Notes: generated by a model from the sequence alone, not told the origin. Positions 46,435 to 56,353 are shown, counted from the stretch's first letter. The stretch is DNA of 64,000 bases from Candidatus Hecatella orcuttiae (GCA_002011035.2 MTLY02000001.1:160001-224000); one strand, 5' to 3'. Numbers and translations are program-made.

Positions 46435-47393
46435 CGCAACTTCCTCTCTCCGTCATGCCGGCTGAGGAGGGCCACCCGGCTTTCCGGGGCCTCATCCACC
46501 ACCCTGTAGCCCGTCAGGGCGCTTAAGCTTTCCGCGAAGCGCCGGACATCCCCGTGGCTGGGCATGCTTTCGTAAGGAAGTCTCCTCCGAGAGAAACCCA
46601 CGTACATGTAGGCTTTGGCCTCCACGTAGGTGGGCTCTGTCTTGGCGATGATGCGAGCGTAGCCTTCAGGGTCCTCCATGTTTCTTCCCCGAACCAGCGT
46701 CAGCCTGAGAACCCGGGGGCAGCGGAAGCTCCTCGCCCACTCCAAGGCCTCCATAACCCTCTGCCATGCTTGGGGAACCCGAGGCCGGCAAAGCCTGATG
46801 AACGTCCTTTCCTCCGGAGCGTAAAGGGATAGATAGAGCTGGCTGGGCTCGGTGGGGAGGCGGCTTAGGGCTTGAGGCGCGGTGCCGCTGGTCACCAAGA
46901 AGGTGGTCATCCCCCGGCGGTGAAAGCATTCGATGAGCTCCCCCAGCCGGGGGTAGAGGGTGGGCTCTCCGGTGAGGCTGATGGCGGCGTGGGCTGGGTT
47001 GAGGGCTTCCCGGTATTTTTCAGGGCTGATTTCCCGGTGAGCCTTATAGCCGCTGAGGATGCGCCTCTGCGCTTTGAGGCTTTCCTCCACGATGAACTCC
47101 GGGCTGTCGACAGCGGGCAGGGCTGCCTCGTTCTCCCTCATCCTCAACCCCAAGTCTTCGGGGTGAATTCTCCAGCAGAAAAGACATTGGAGGAGGCAGT
47201 GGTAGGCCACAGGGGTCATTTGAAGGCATCGGTGAGACTGGATGCCATAGAACTTCTGCTTGTAGCAAACTCTGCCGTGGACGAGGCTTTGGTGAAGCCA
47301 GCTGCACTTTTTCACAGCCGAATGAGCGCCCACCAGCTGGTAGCGCTCCCGCCTCATCCTCGCCGCCAGAGCTTCCAGCACCGTTTTTTCCAT
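46431..47393 (-). CDS. taw1: 4-demethylwyosine synthase (radical SAM)
   Basis: HSAVK.C.W, CYKQKFYGI.SHRCLQMTP, CxxxCxxCWR, ISLTGEPT, EAKAYM.VG.S. Confidence 0.95.
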   Translation of the reverse strand: MEKTVLEALAARMRRERYQLVGAHSAVKKCSWLHQSLVHGRVCYKQKFYGIQSHRCLQMTPVAYHCLLQCLFCWRIHPEDLGLRMRENEAALPAVDSPEFIVEESLKAQRRILSGYKAHREISPEKYREALNPAHAAISLTGEPTLYPRLGELIECFHRRGMTTFLVTSGTAPQALSRLPTEPSQLYLSLYAPEERTFIRLCRPRVPQAWQRVMEALEWARSFRCPRVLRLTLVRGRNMEDPEGYARIIAKTEPTYVEAKAYMYVGFSRRRLPYESMPSHGDVRRFAESLSALTGYRVVDEAPESRVALLSRHDGERKLR

Positions 47394-47492
47394 GATCCCT
47401 TTTCCGTCTCGTTTGCGGTTTTGTGTTAATTTAAAAAAGAGAGGGGTCCTTTAAAAAGAGTTTAGCCTCGAGGGGGCCAAATCGGCTTTGTG

Positions 47493-47960
47493 TTAGATTT
47501 CTTGCATGGCCGCTGTGAACAGTAACACGACGATGCCTAAAGACAGATTGAGCTTTACCAACAACACTATTCGACTTAGCAGCTCCCTCATTTCCGACGG
47601 TAGCTTCGTTGATCCGGTTTGAGAGACAAGTTTCCTCAGTTTTGGGAAAAGGATGAAGCTGATCATGGCGACGATGAAAACCATTGCTGTTACAATTGCA
47701 TGTTTAACCGATAACAGGATTCCATAGTTCAAATTCGTAGGAGTTGCGGTGAGAATGCCGGTGACTATGAGAGTGAATATGCTTATCCAGGCGAGGTAAA
47801 GAAAGCGGCTTAAAACCTGATCCACAAGCTTAACGCGCTGCTGCGGGTCTACTATCGCTAACGAGGGGCGTAATATTACGATGTTGAAGAACATACCTCC
47901 GATCCACACGGTAGTCGCCAGTAGATGAAGCCAGTCCATGACCACATTAATGATGTTCAT
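47493..47960 (-). CDS. CopD-like four-TM membrane protein
   Basis: WLHLLA..VWIGG..F motif, L.VTG, L.VK. Confidence 0.7.
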   Translation of the reverse strand: MNIINVVMDWLHLLATTVWIGGMFFNIVILRPSLAIVDPQQRVKLVDQVLSRFLYLAWISIFTLIVTGILTATPTNLNYGILLSVKHAIVTAMVFIVAMISFILFPKLRKLVSQTGSTKLPSEMRELLSRIVLLVKLNLSLGIVVLLFTAAMQEI

Positions 47961-48203
47961 TTATTCCATCTCAAATCCATGGAAAAGATTCTACTACTTC
48001 GCCTTCGCTCTTTTCGTACTTTTCCCGTTTCTGCTTAAACATTCTATACACATTTTTTATCGCCTCTTTGATATACTTTAGAAAATTAATATAAAATATG
48101 AAGTATTTAAATCACCAAGTTTAAAGCATAATAGCAGATATGGTAGAGGAGAGTCAGTATACTGAAGAAAAGTAAAGATGTCTGCGCAACACGAAACGGG
48201 GAA

Positions 48204-48536
48204 GTGTGCCTTTGCCACCTTGGGGACGTCATAGAGATTATTAGCAGAAGATGGGCACCGCAAATCATTGCTGTGATAGGTAACAACCCGAAGTTAAGGT
48301 TCAACAGGCTCATGGGAAAACTGGGCAAGATAAGCCCGAAGACCTTGAGTGATAGATTAAAGGAACTGGAAACGGCTGGCCTGATTAGGAGAGAGTTCTT
48401 TGCAGAGATACCCCCAAGAGTGGAGTACACCCTTACCAAAGACGGGATGGAACTGAGGAATGCGCTGGCACCACTGATGGAGTGGGCGTCCTCGAAAAAT
48501 CTACGAAAGAGACAGCCAGAGTTTTCCTCGAAATAG
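48204..48536 (+). CDS. HxlR-family winged-helix regulator with N-terminal CLC
   Basis: LRFN.L, ISPKTLSDRLKELE..GLI.R....EIPPRVEY.LT; frame stays open upstream to 48147. Confidence 0.9.
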   Translation: MCLCHLGDVIEIISRRWAPQIIAVIGNNPKLRFNRLMGKLGKISPKTLSDRLKELETAGLIRREFFAEIPPRVEYTLTKDGMELRNALAPLMEWASSKNLRKRQPEFSSK

Positions 48537-48682
48537 CAAGCTTATTACCAGTGCACTTACATGCTACTACCGAACGAGGGCTTGGAACCACGATTGAACT
48601 CGCCAAACTTTTCTGTGCAATAAAGCAGAAGAACGGGGCGATATCAAACTACTTCAGTTTTGCAGCTACATCAGGCGACAGG

Positions 48683-49690
48683 TCAGTCGTAGAGTCCGCT
48701 GTTGGGGGTGCGATACTCGGGGGGGCACTCGGTTCCGTTGAGGAAGGCGAATTCTTCAATCCAACCGTAGAGGACTGGGTCGCTTCCTGTTTCAATCAGC
48801 TCCACAGCCGGGTGGAAGAGAGGCCTCCCATAGGCGTCCACACCGTAGTCTCCGATGATCCCCTGGCCTTCCGGGGAGGTTAGGAATTTTATGAAGGCGA
48901 TGGCGCCCTCTAGGTTGGTGTGGGGGTTGGCTTCAGGGTTGACGGCTATGGCACTGTAGACGTTCAGCAACTCCCGGCCCTGGGTTACCAGCATCTTCAG
49001 GCTCACATGCCCCTCCGCGGAGTATTTCAGGTAGGTGCCCATGTCCGCCAGCGTGTAGCTGTTTTTCTCCTCCGCCAGCAGGAGGGTTTTACCCATGCCG
49101 GCTCCGGACTCCAGATACCAGTCTTCTCCGCGAAGCTCCTCCACCCTGAAGCCCGCTGCCTCCCACAGGGCTATCTCCTTGAGGTGGGTTCCAGACCTGT
49201 CGCCTCGGGACACCCAGGTGGCCGCCCCCCGCTTCCCTGCTTCCGCAATCTTCTCCATGGCTTGGGCGGGCGGCAGGCCTTCTATCCCCGCAGGGTCCTC
49301 GGCGGGGCCGACGATGGTGAAGAAGTTGTAGGCGATTATCTTCCTGTCGACGCCGTATCCCTCTTGGAGGAAGGCGAACTCGACGGAGGGGGCGTGGACG
49401 AGGATCATGTCCGCGTCGCCTCGTTGGGCTTGCTGGATGGCTAAACCAGTGCCAGCGGAGATGAAGTAAAGGTCTACGGCGTACTCCGCCTCAAACCGGT
49501 CTTCAAGGACGTCCAGAAGGCCGGTGTCGTAGAGGCTTGTGGTGGTGGAGACGACCAAGGTTTCTCTGGAAGGGGACGGGCCTAGGATTCCCGCCCAGTG
49601 GAGGGTTAGGCCGAGGGCTGCTACAAGCAAGATGGCGATTAGGATGGGTTTTCTCGTACGGCTTTCACCGTTATTTCCAGTTAAACACAA
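48683..49690 (-). CDS. tupA: Tungstate ABC substrate-binding protein
   Basis: STTTSLYDTGLL, GTG.A, GDAD...VHAP, SRGD.SGTH.KE, LLN.Y. Confidence 0.92.
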   Translation of the reverse strand: MCLTGNNGESRTRKPILIAILLVAALGLTLHWAGILGPSPSRETLVVSTTTSLYDTGLLDVLEDRFEAEYAVDLYFISAGTGLAIQQAQRGDADMILVHAPSVEFAFLQEGYGVDRKIIAYNFFTIVGPAEDPAGIEGLPPAQAMEKIAEAGKRGAATWVSRGDRSGTHLKEIALWEAAGFRVEELRGEDWYLESGAGMGKTLLLAEEKNSYTLADMGTYLKYSAEGHVSLKMLVTQGRELLNVYSAIAVNPEANPHTNLEGAIAFIKFLTSPEGQGIIGDYGVDAYGRPLFHPAVELIETGSDPVLYGWIEEFAFLNGTECPPEYRTPNSGLYD

Positions 49691-49721
49691 CGAATTTTTA
49701 TATAAGCTTTACCAAACTAAG

Positions 49722-50276
49722 ATGGCGGAGGCTATGTTCTCGGTCTTCAGAGTCTGGCTGGAGCGCGACGGCAAACACATCATAGGAAAGGGAGGTGTGG
49801 AAATCCTCGAGGCTATCGACAAAACCGGCTCCCTCACGAAGGCGGCTGAGAAGGCGAAGATGTCCTACAAGTACCTCTGGGACTACCTCACCGCCATGGA
49901 GAAAAACCTAGGACAGCCGGTGGTGGCGACGAGGAAGGGGGGAAGCTTCGGAGGCGGAGGAGCGGAGCTCACCGAGGCGGGTAGGGCGCTTCTCCGAGAG
50001 TACAGACGCATCGACGAATATTTGAGGCGGGCTCTGGAAGACCCTGAACGCTGGGAGGCGATAGGTTTGAAGATAAGCGCTAGAAACCGGTTGAAGGGCC
50101 GGGTGAAGAAAGTCACCAAGGGCGCTGTGACTGCCAGCGTGAAGATAGAAGTCGAAGGCCCCGTGACCCTTACGGCGGTGATCACGAAGGAGGCGGCGGA
50201 GGAGCTTAAACTGAAGCCGGGAGACAGGGTCTACGGGGTGGTGAAGGCAACCGAAGTCATGATCGCCAAAGAATAA
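49722..50276 (+). CDS. modE: ModE-family regulator (winged helix + TOBE), divergent from tupA
   Basis: LEAIDKTGSL..AA....MSY...W, KGG..GGGA.LT, SARNRLKG, KATEVMI; ATG at 49722 preferred. Confidence 0.9.
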   Translation: MAEAMFSVFRVWLERDGKHIIGKGGVEILEAIDKTGSLTKAAEKAKMSYKYLWDYLTAMEKNLGQPVVATRKGGSFGGGGAELTEAGRALLREYRRIDEYLRRALEDPERWEAIGLKISARNRLKGRVKKVTKGAVTASVKIEVEGPVTLTAVITKEAAEELKLKPGDRVYGVVKATEVMIAKE

Positions 50277-50349
50277 AACCTCAGAGACCATAACAGATAG
50301 TGCCCACACGGCGAAAGGAATCGAAATATTATATCTTCTTTCAATCTTT

Positions 50350-51000
50350 TTGTGTGGTGAACGAACTTTGGGTCGTTTAGTTGAAATATTTGAAGATGAA
50401 ATGCTCATAAAGAAGATCCAAAAGCGGCTGCCCTATTTATTTCAGCTCGCTGAACTCGAAGCTTCTAGAGCTGGAAAAGTTGGAATGGAGGTAGGGTCGC
50501 TTCGTGAGAAAATTTTAATCGCTTTGTTGATTCACAAATTTGGAGAAAAAGCCATTAAAACTGAAATTCCTATCACGGAACCAGAAGTTGATCTAGAATT
50601 ATTTGGAGAACCTATCTCTATTAAAACCATTACAGGAATGAGTGGTGTTAAAATTATATGGACCGTTGACAGCCAAAAAGCACGAGAATTTCTTGACACC
50701 TACACCCCAAAATGTGACACCTTACTTGTTCAGATTAAGTGAGGTGGAGAGGGAAATCTTTCATATATCCCTCGAAAAGTTCAATGCAGAGTTTTTGAGA
50801 GGCTGGGGAGAGAGAAATACCTTAAGCTTCCTAAACTCGGAACAAATCCCAGGGGAGTGGAAATTAGCAGAGAAGCTCTGGGAAGGTTAATGGTTGAAGA
50901 GAATACAAAATCAATTCGGATATTTTGGCAACGTTCTAGAATAGAATATGATCCTTATCGGAGATGGGTTAACTATTGGAAGGAGAATAGCTTTGTCTGA
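50350..51000 (+). pseudogene. ThaI-family type II restriction endonuclease interrupted by one in-frame TGA (50740-50742)
   Basis: LPYLFQLAELE.SRAGK.GMEVGS.RE, EPEVD, ISIKT; same frame continues past TGA as GGEG..YIP..KLPK.GTNPRGVEIS..YDPY.RWV.YW to TGA at 51000. Confidence 0.8.
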
Positions 51001-51869
51001 GCTAAATATTTGTTTACCCTTTTTCTGGCTTTCATCACATAATCGATATTAATGTCTATTCCTATGAATTGTCTGTCAGTTTTTAATGCCGCTAAACATG
51101 TGGTTCCTACGCCACAAAATGGATCTAGCACTACTTCATCTTTGAAGGTGAATAATTGGATGCACCGGTATGGTAATTCGAGGGGGAAAGGCGCAGGGTG
51201 CCCCACCTTCTCAGCGGACTCTGGAGGGAATTCCCAGATGCTTTTTGTGAATTCCAAGAATTCTTCTCTTGTAATTGTAGACTTTTTGCCTTTGCTGTTT
51301 CTTGTGAATTTATCCTTAGAAAATACGAGTATGTATTCATGAGTGTCTCTTAAAGTTGGATTAGAAGCGGACATCCAACTACCCCATGCTGTTGAAACAC
51401 CAGCACCCGCACCTTTGTTCCAGATTATTTCTCCCCTCATTAAGAATCCTGACCCTAACATGGTATCGATTACGAATTTGTGGTAAGGAATGTACGGCTT
51501 TCTTCCTACATTGGCTATATTCACACAAGCTCTTCCTCCCGTCACAAGCACTCTATATGTCTCGGTGAATACGTCTCTCAGTAATTCGAGGTATTCATTC
51601 AGATTAAGGTTTTCATCGTATTCTTTGCCAACGTTATATGGGGGTGATGTCACCATAAGGTGCACGCTAGAATCTGGAATGTTGCTCATATTTCTAGCAT
51701 CTTGATGCAAAATTTTATTGAGAATTTCGGATGGAATGGGATTTTCGATCTCAGGTTTTCCTTCGTCTACTTTGAAATTTTGATAGAGTTTACTACCATA
51801 GAACAAAGTTGAGTCATGACTTTCTCTTTTAGAGACGCCGAATTTACTAGTTTTGGTTCCTTTGCTCAT
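50973..51869 (-). CDS. Beta-class DNA methyltransferase, probably N4-cytosine
   Basis: TSPPYN motif IV precedes HPAPFP and LDPFCG.GTT motif I; convergent with and overlapping the endonuclease. Confidence 0.92.
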   Translation of the reverse strand: MSKGTKTSKFGVSKRESHDSTLFYGSKLYQNFKVDEGKPEIENPIPSEILNKILHQDARNMSNIPDSSVHLMVTSPPYNVGKEYDENLNLNEYLELLRDVFTETYRVLVTGGRACVNIANVGRKPYIPYHKFVIDTMLGSGFLMRGEIIWNKGAGAGVSTAWGSWMSASNPTLRDTHEYILVFSKDKFTRNSKGKKSTITREEFLEFTKSIWEFPPESAEKVGHPAPFPLELPYRCIQLFTFKDEVVLDPFCGVGTTCLAALKTDRQFIGIDINIDYVMKARKRVNKYLAQTKLFSFQ

Positions 51870-52015
51870 TAAATATCTCCTTTTCCGCCTACTTTCGCAA
51901 GTTGAAGCAACCTTTCAAGTATATCATCATAAGTTTCTCCTTTCTTGCCGAGCTCTTTTAACCTCTCTCTTATGGTCTTAGATATCTGGATTGTGGTCAC
52001 TTCAGATTTTCCCAT
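51869..52015 (-). CDS. Small ribbon-helix-helix protein, 48 aa (absent from the ORF track)
   Basis: MGKSEVTTIQISKTIRERLKELGKKGETYDDILERLLQLAKVGGKGDI*; stop overlaps the methyltransferase ATG (TAATG). Confidence 0.85.
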   Translation of the reverse strand: MGKSEVTTIQISKTIRERLKELGKKGETYDDILERLLQLAKVGGKGDI

Positions 52016-52279
52016 GGCGCATCATTAATAGTATAATAATTATATGATTTTAAATCTTCCCATAACCGTTATAACAGTTATTGCTAAAAAATCGTTCGTG
52101 CAATCTGCTAATTATAAGCTTATAAGCTTTGGCTGATAATGGATCGCATTGACATCTATTAGAAAATTTTAGGACTTGAGGGTATTTATTAGAAAGCAGG
52201 CAGTTATCAAGAGAGGGATCTCGATGCTTTAGGTTTATAAGGTTCAAGGTTGCTAGTGAAAGGTTTGAGGGAGAAAACG

Positions 52280-53374
52280 ATGGTTGAAAAAGTCACAGTC
52301 AGCCTGATAAAGGCGGACATCGGAGGCCATCCCGGCCACCACAGGGTTCACCCCAAACAGGTGGAGATGGCTCGAGAGCTCCTCGCCAAAGCTCAAAAGG
52401 ACGGGCTCATCGTCGACTACAGAGTTTTCCACTGCGGAGACGACCTCCAGCTTCTCATGACCCACCGCCGGGGGGAAGACAACCCCGACATCCATGGCCT
52501 CGCCTGGAGCATCTTCACCGAAATAACCGAGAAGGTTTCCAAACCCCTGAAGCTCTACGGAGCAGGCCAAGACCTCCTAGGGGAGGCTTTCTCCGGCAAC
52601 GTCCGAGGCATGGGCCCTGGGGTTGCGGAGATGGAGTTCGAGGAAAGACCCTCCGACCCCGTGCTGGTCTTCGCCGCGGACAAAACCGAGCCTGGGGCTT
52701 GGAACTATCCCCTGTTCAAGATCTTCGCCGACCCCTTCAACACCGCCGGCCTCATCATCGACCCCAGCCTCCACGACGGCTTCAAGTTTCAAGTCATGGC
52801 CCTCCACGAGGGCAGGGAAGTGACGGTGAAATGCCCTGAGGAACTCTACGACCTCCTCGCCCTCCTAGGGACACCCAGCCACTACTGCATCAGCAAGGTC
52901 TTCCGAGCCGACGGACTGCCCGCAGCCGCAGCCAGCACCAGCCGGCTTTCCCTCATCGCCGGCAGGTATGTGGGCAAAGATGACCCTGTCTGCATCGTCC
53001 GAGCTCAGCACGGCCTCCCGGCAGTGGGAGAAGTCCTGGAGCCCTTTGCCTTCCCCCACATCGTCGCAGGGTGGATGCGGGGCAGCCACCACGGCCCCCT
53101 CATGCCCGTGTCCCTCCGCTACGCCCAGTGCACCCGGTTCGACGGCCCCCCTAGGGTGGTGGGGTTGGGCTTCCAAGTTCACAACGCCCTGCTGGAGGGA
53201 CCTGTGGACCTCTTCGACGACCCTGCCTTCGACTTGGCCAGGGAGGAAGCCAGCCGGGTGGCCGACTACCTGCGACGGCACGGTCCCTTTATGCCCCACC
53301 GGCTGGGCCCGGAGGAAATGGAGTACACCACCCTTCCCAAAGTCTTGGAGAAGCTGAAGGACAGGTTTAAGTAG
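52280..53374 (+). CDS. fbp: Bifunctional fructose-1,6-bisphosphate aldolase/phosphatase
   Basis: IKADIGG, GDD..L.MTH, LYGAGQDLL, ADKTEPGA, YVGKDDP, GWMRGSH, RFDGPPR, EMEYTT. Confidence 0.97.
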   Translation: MVEKVTVSLIKADIGGHPGHHRVHPKQVEMARELLAKAQKDGLIVDYRVFHCGDDLQLLMTHRRGEDNPDIHGLAWSIFTEITEKVSKPLKLYGAGQDLLGEAFSGNVRGMGPGVAEMEFEERPSDPVLVFAADKTEPGAWNYPLFKIFADPFNTAGLIIDPSLHDGFKFQVMALHEGREVTVKCPEELYDLLALLGTPSHYCISKVFRADGLPAAAASTSRLSLIAGRYVGKDDPVCIVRAQHGLPAVGEVLEPFAFPHIVAGWMRGSHHGPLMPVSLRYAQCTRFDGPPRVVGLGFQVHNALLEGPVDLFDDPAFDLAREEASRVADYLRRHGPFMPHRLGPEEMEYTTLPKVLEKLKDRFK

Positions 53375-53376
53375 GT

Positions 53377-54075
53377 TTGACCGCGGTGAAGCTGAAGCTC
53401 CCCGCCATCCTCGTCAACTTCAAATGCTACCGGGAAGCCACAGGAAAGCAGGCTGTCCGCTTGGCGGAGATAGCCGGGGAAGTCTCCGAGGAAACAGGGG
53501 TCACCTTGGCGGTGGCCCCCCAGTTCACAGACCTTCCCGCCGTAATTCAAGCCGGCCGCGTGCCCGTCTTCTCCCAGCACATCGACCCCGTCAAGCCCGG
53601 CAGCTTCACAGGCCACATCCTCGCCGAGGCGGTTAAGGAAGCGGGGGCCTCGGGGTCGCTGGTGAACCACTCCGAGCGGAGGCTACCGCTGGAGGATGTT
53701 AAAGCCTGCGTGGAGAGGGCTAGGGAAGTAGGCTTGGCCACGGTGGTCTGCGCGGACACCCCCCAAGCCTGCGGGGAAATCGCCGCGTTCAACCCGGATG
53801 TCATCGCCATCGAACCCCCTGAACTCATCGGAACCGGAATCCCCGTCTCCAAGGCCAAGCCTGAAGTGGTGACAGGCGCCCTGAAGGCGGTGGAGGCTGT
53901 GAACCCGGCTGTTCCGGTCCTCTGCGGCGCGGGAATCACTGTGGGGGCCGACGTGGAGGCGGCGTTGAAGCTGGGAACCAGAGGCGTCCTCCTCGCCAGC
54001 GGAGTGGTGAAGGCCCCTGACCCCCGCCGGGTTTTGGTGGAAATGGCGGAGGCGGTGGTTAGGGCTGAGAAGTGA
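53377..54075 (+). CDS. tpiA: Triosephosphate isomerase (archaeal type)
   Basis: VNFK.Y, NHSERR, AIEPPELIG, LCGAGI, GVLLASG. Confidence 0.97.
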   Translation: MTAVKLKLPAILVNFKCYREATGKQAVRLAEIAGEVSEETGVTLAVAPQFTDLPAVIQAGRVPVFSQHIDPVKPGSFTGHILAEAVKEAGASGSLVNHSERRLPLEDVKACVERAREVGLATVVCADTPQACGEIAAFNPDVIAIEPPELIGTGIPVSKAKPEVVTGALKAVEAVNPAVPVLCGAGITVGADVEAALKLGTRGVLLASGVVKAPDPRRVLVEMAEAVVRAEK

Positions 54076-54087
54076 GGGCTTCGACGT

Positions 54088-54966
54088 TTGAAGGTGGAAG
54101 CGGAATGTCTCCTCTGCCTCTTGGAGAGAGCCTGCCGGCAGACAGGCTACGTGGGCGGAGATAGACAGGCTTTTTTCCAAGTGATGACTGAACTCTTAGA
54201 CATGCTGCACAAGGAGTTCACCCCCGAAGCTGTCCCCGCCTACCTGGGAACGTTGAGGGACAGAATCGTCCGAAAGGCTACAGGCCGAGACCCCTATGAG
54301 GAGCTTAAGAGGCAGGCCAACGAGGCAGCGTGGAAAGTCCTACCCGCCGCGGAGAGGTTCGTCCTCCAGGCGGACTCCGACTACGAGCGGTTTCGAAGGC
54401 TGTGCATGGTGGCGGTGGCCGGGAACTCCGTGGAGTTCGACGTCATGGGCTACAGCTTCACCCTCGACCGCTTGGGGGGAGAGCTGGAGAACCTCACCCT
54501 CCGCCTCGACCATCTTCCCCAAGCCTACGCCCAGCTTGAAGCTTCCCGGGAGGTGCTGTTCCTAACCGACAACGCGGGGGAGATAGTCTTGGACACCTTG
54601 CTCATGAGATACCTGAAGCAGAGAGGTCTAACCTTAACCGTGGCCGTGAAGGGAAGTCCCGTCCTCAACGACGCCACCCTCGTCGACGCGCAGGAGGCTG
54701 GAGTGGACAGGATAGCCGACGAGCTGATCACCACCGGCCTCGACAGCGTGGGGCTCATCTTAGACGCGGCGCCCAAACCTGTCAGGGAGAAGTTCACCCA
54801 CTCAGACTTGGTCATAGCCAAAGGGATGGGAAACTACGAAACCCTCACCGAGGTGAAGGGCGCAGGCGTGAAAGTGCTCTTCCTTCTCAAGGCCAAATGC
54901 GCCCCCGTAGCCCGAAGCCTAGGCGTGGAGAGGGGCTCCAACGCCGCGCTGTTTCTAGAGCTTTAG
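54088..54966 (+). CDS. ARMT1/DUF89 damage-control phosphatase
   Basis: EC..C N-term, DPY..LK, DNAGE..LD, P.LNDAT, AKGMGNYE, KAKC. Confidence 0.92.
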   Translation: MKVEAECLLCLLERACRQTGYVGGDRQAFFQVMTELLDMLHKEFTPEAVPAYLGTLRDRIVRKATGRDPYEELKRQANEAAWKVLPAAERFVLQADSDYERFRRLCMVAVAGNSVEFDVMGYSFTLDRLGGELENLTLRLDHLPQAYAQLEASREVLFLTDNAGEIVLDTLLMRYLKQRGLTLTVAVKGSPVLNDATLVDAQEAGVDRIADELITTGLDSVGLILDAAPKPVREKFTHSDLVIAKGMGNYETLTEVKGAGVKVLFLLKAKCAPVARSLGVERGSNAALFLEL

Positions 54967-55653
54967 CTTAAAGGCCTCCCGCAGCCACTCCACCGCCTCG
55001 CAGAAGCCTTCCCCGTAGCTTTTGGAGGTAACATGGTCGGCTATCTTTTTGAGCTCCTCAGGAGCCTGAGCTAGGGCTATGCCGTAGCCTGCGGCCTGAA
55101 AGAGCTCCACGTCGTTAAGGCCGTCTCCCACGGCGACGATCCTCCCGGAGTCTAGGTGGAAGAGTTCAGCCAGCTTCTTCAAGCCTGAGCCTTTATCCAC
55201 CCCCGCGGGTAGGAGGTGGTAGGCGAAGCCGCTGTCGTAGACGCGCACTCCGACTCCGTGGTCTCTGAGAATCCTGTTTCCTTCCTCCAAGGGGAAGCTT
55301 CTCTCCAAGGCTATGTCCACCATCCGGGGTTGGATGCCTCTTTCCTGAACCTTCTCCCCCAGCTTTTCCCTGAGAACCCGGTAGCCTTCCAAGGCCAGTT
55401 TCGGGTCCCCGAAAACCCTGAGAACCCTCCAGCCCCGGCCTAGCACCGCGCCGTTTTCCCCCATGACGATCTCGCAGGTGCCGATGAGGCGGGCCAGCAT
55501 GGCGGCGGTATAGATGCTTCGGGCGGTGCTCAGGATGACGGGCCAGCCGGCTGCCTCAACCTTTCTCACCTTTTCCACAGCCGCCAACTCCAGCCTTCCA
55601 TCGGCGTCCGTCAGCGTCCCGTCCACGTCCACCGCCAAGGCTTCAACCTTCAA
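54955..55653 (-). CDS. Phosphoglycolate phosphatase-like HAD hydrolase
   Basis: DVDGTLT, ENGA, DSGFAYHL, DKG.GL, GDGLND. Confidence 0.9.
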   Translation of the reverse strand: MKVEALAVDVDGTLTDADGRLELAAVEKVRKVEAAGWPVILSTARSIYTAAMLARLIGTCEIVMGENGAVLGRGWRVLRVFGDPKLALEGYRVLREKLGEKVQERGIQPRMVDIALERSFPLEEGNRILRDHGVGVRVYDSGFAYHLLPAGVDKGSGLKKLAELFHLDSGRIVAVGDGLNDVELFQAAGYGIALAQAPEELKKIADHVTSKSYGEGFCEAVEWLREAFKLKL

Positions 55654-55717
55654 CCCTCGCCCTCCCTCCGGGTAGCCTTAACGTTAATTTTTCACTCTCC
55701 CCCATAATTAACCGTAT

Positions 55718-56353
55718 ATGGCAAAGATTGAACCCTTCGAGAAGTTTGCCCTCCGCTACGAAGCCTGGTTTTCCCGGCATAGGTTCGCCTACGAATCAGA
55801 GCTCCAAGCGGTAAGGGAGCTACTGCCGAAAGGCGGGGAAGGCGTTGAAATCGGCGTGGGAAGCGGCAGGTTCGCAGCACCGCTGGGCGTCAGGCTTGGG
55901 GTTGAACCCTCCCACAAGATGCTGGAGCTGGCTAAGGAAAAGGGGGTGGAAGTGGTAGGCGGCGTAGCCGAAGCGCTGCCCCTTCCCCCTTCACGGTTTG
56001 ACTTCGCCTTAATGGTTGCCACCCTCTGCTTCTTGGACGATGTGGAAACAGCGTTCAGGGAGGCATGGAAGGTGCTGAAACCCGGCGGCTGCTTGGTGAT
56101 AGGGTTTATCGACCGTGAAAGCCCCTTGGGGAGGCTGTACCAGCAGCGTAAGGGGGAGGACGTATTCTACGGGGAAGCCACCTTCCACTCAGTGGAGGAG
56201 GTTGTTTCTCGCCTGAGAAAATCGGGGTTTGAAAACTTCCACTTCACCCAAACCATCTTCCATAACCTGCCTGAGATAACAGCCGTCGAACCTGTCGAAG
56301 AAGGCCACGGGAAAGGCTCCTTCGTGGTGGTCAGAGCGAGGAAACCCAGATAA
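55718..56353 (+). CDS. Class I SAM-dependent methyltransferase
   Basis: EIGVGSGRFA, GVEPS..M, VAE.LP, LKPGG. Confidence 0.9.
   Translation: MAKIEPFEKFALRYEAWFSRHRFAYESELQAVRELLPKGGEGVEIGVGSGRFAAPLGVRLGVEPSHKMLELAKEKGVEVVGGVAEALPLPPSRFDFALMVATLCFLDDVETAFREAWKVLKPGGCLVIGFIDRESPLGRLYQQRKGEDVFYGEATFHSVEEVVSRLRKSGFENFHFTQTIFHNLPEITAVEPVEEGHGKGSFVVVRARKPR

Noticed and set aside
50740-50742. In-frame TGA as selenocysteine or a genetic-code change
   Set aside because: Context favours Trp, no SECIS-like element was seen, and TGA ends many normal genes in this window
50642-50890. 82-aa ORF as a frameshifted second half of the endonuclease
   Set aside because: The family-like sequence continues in the original frame after the TGA
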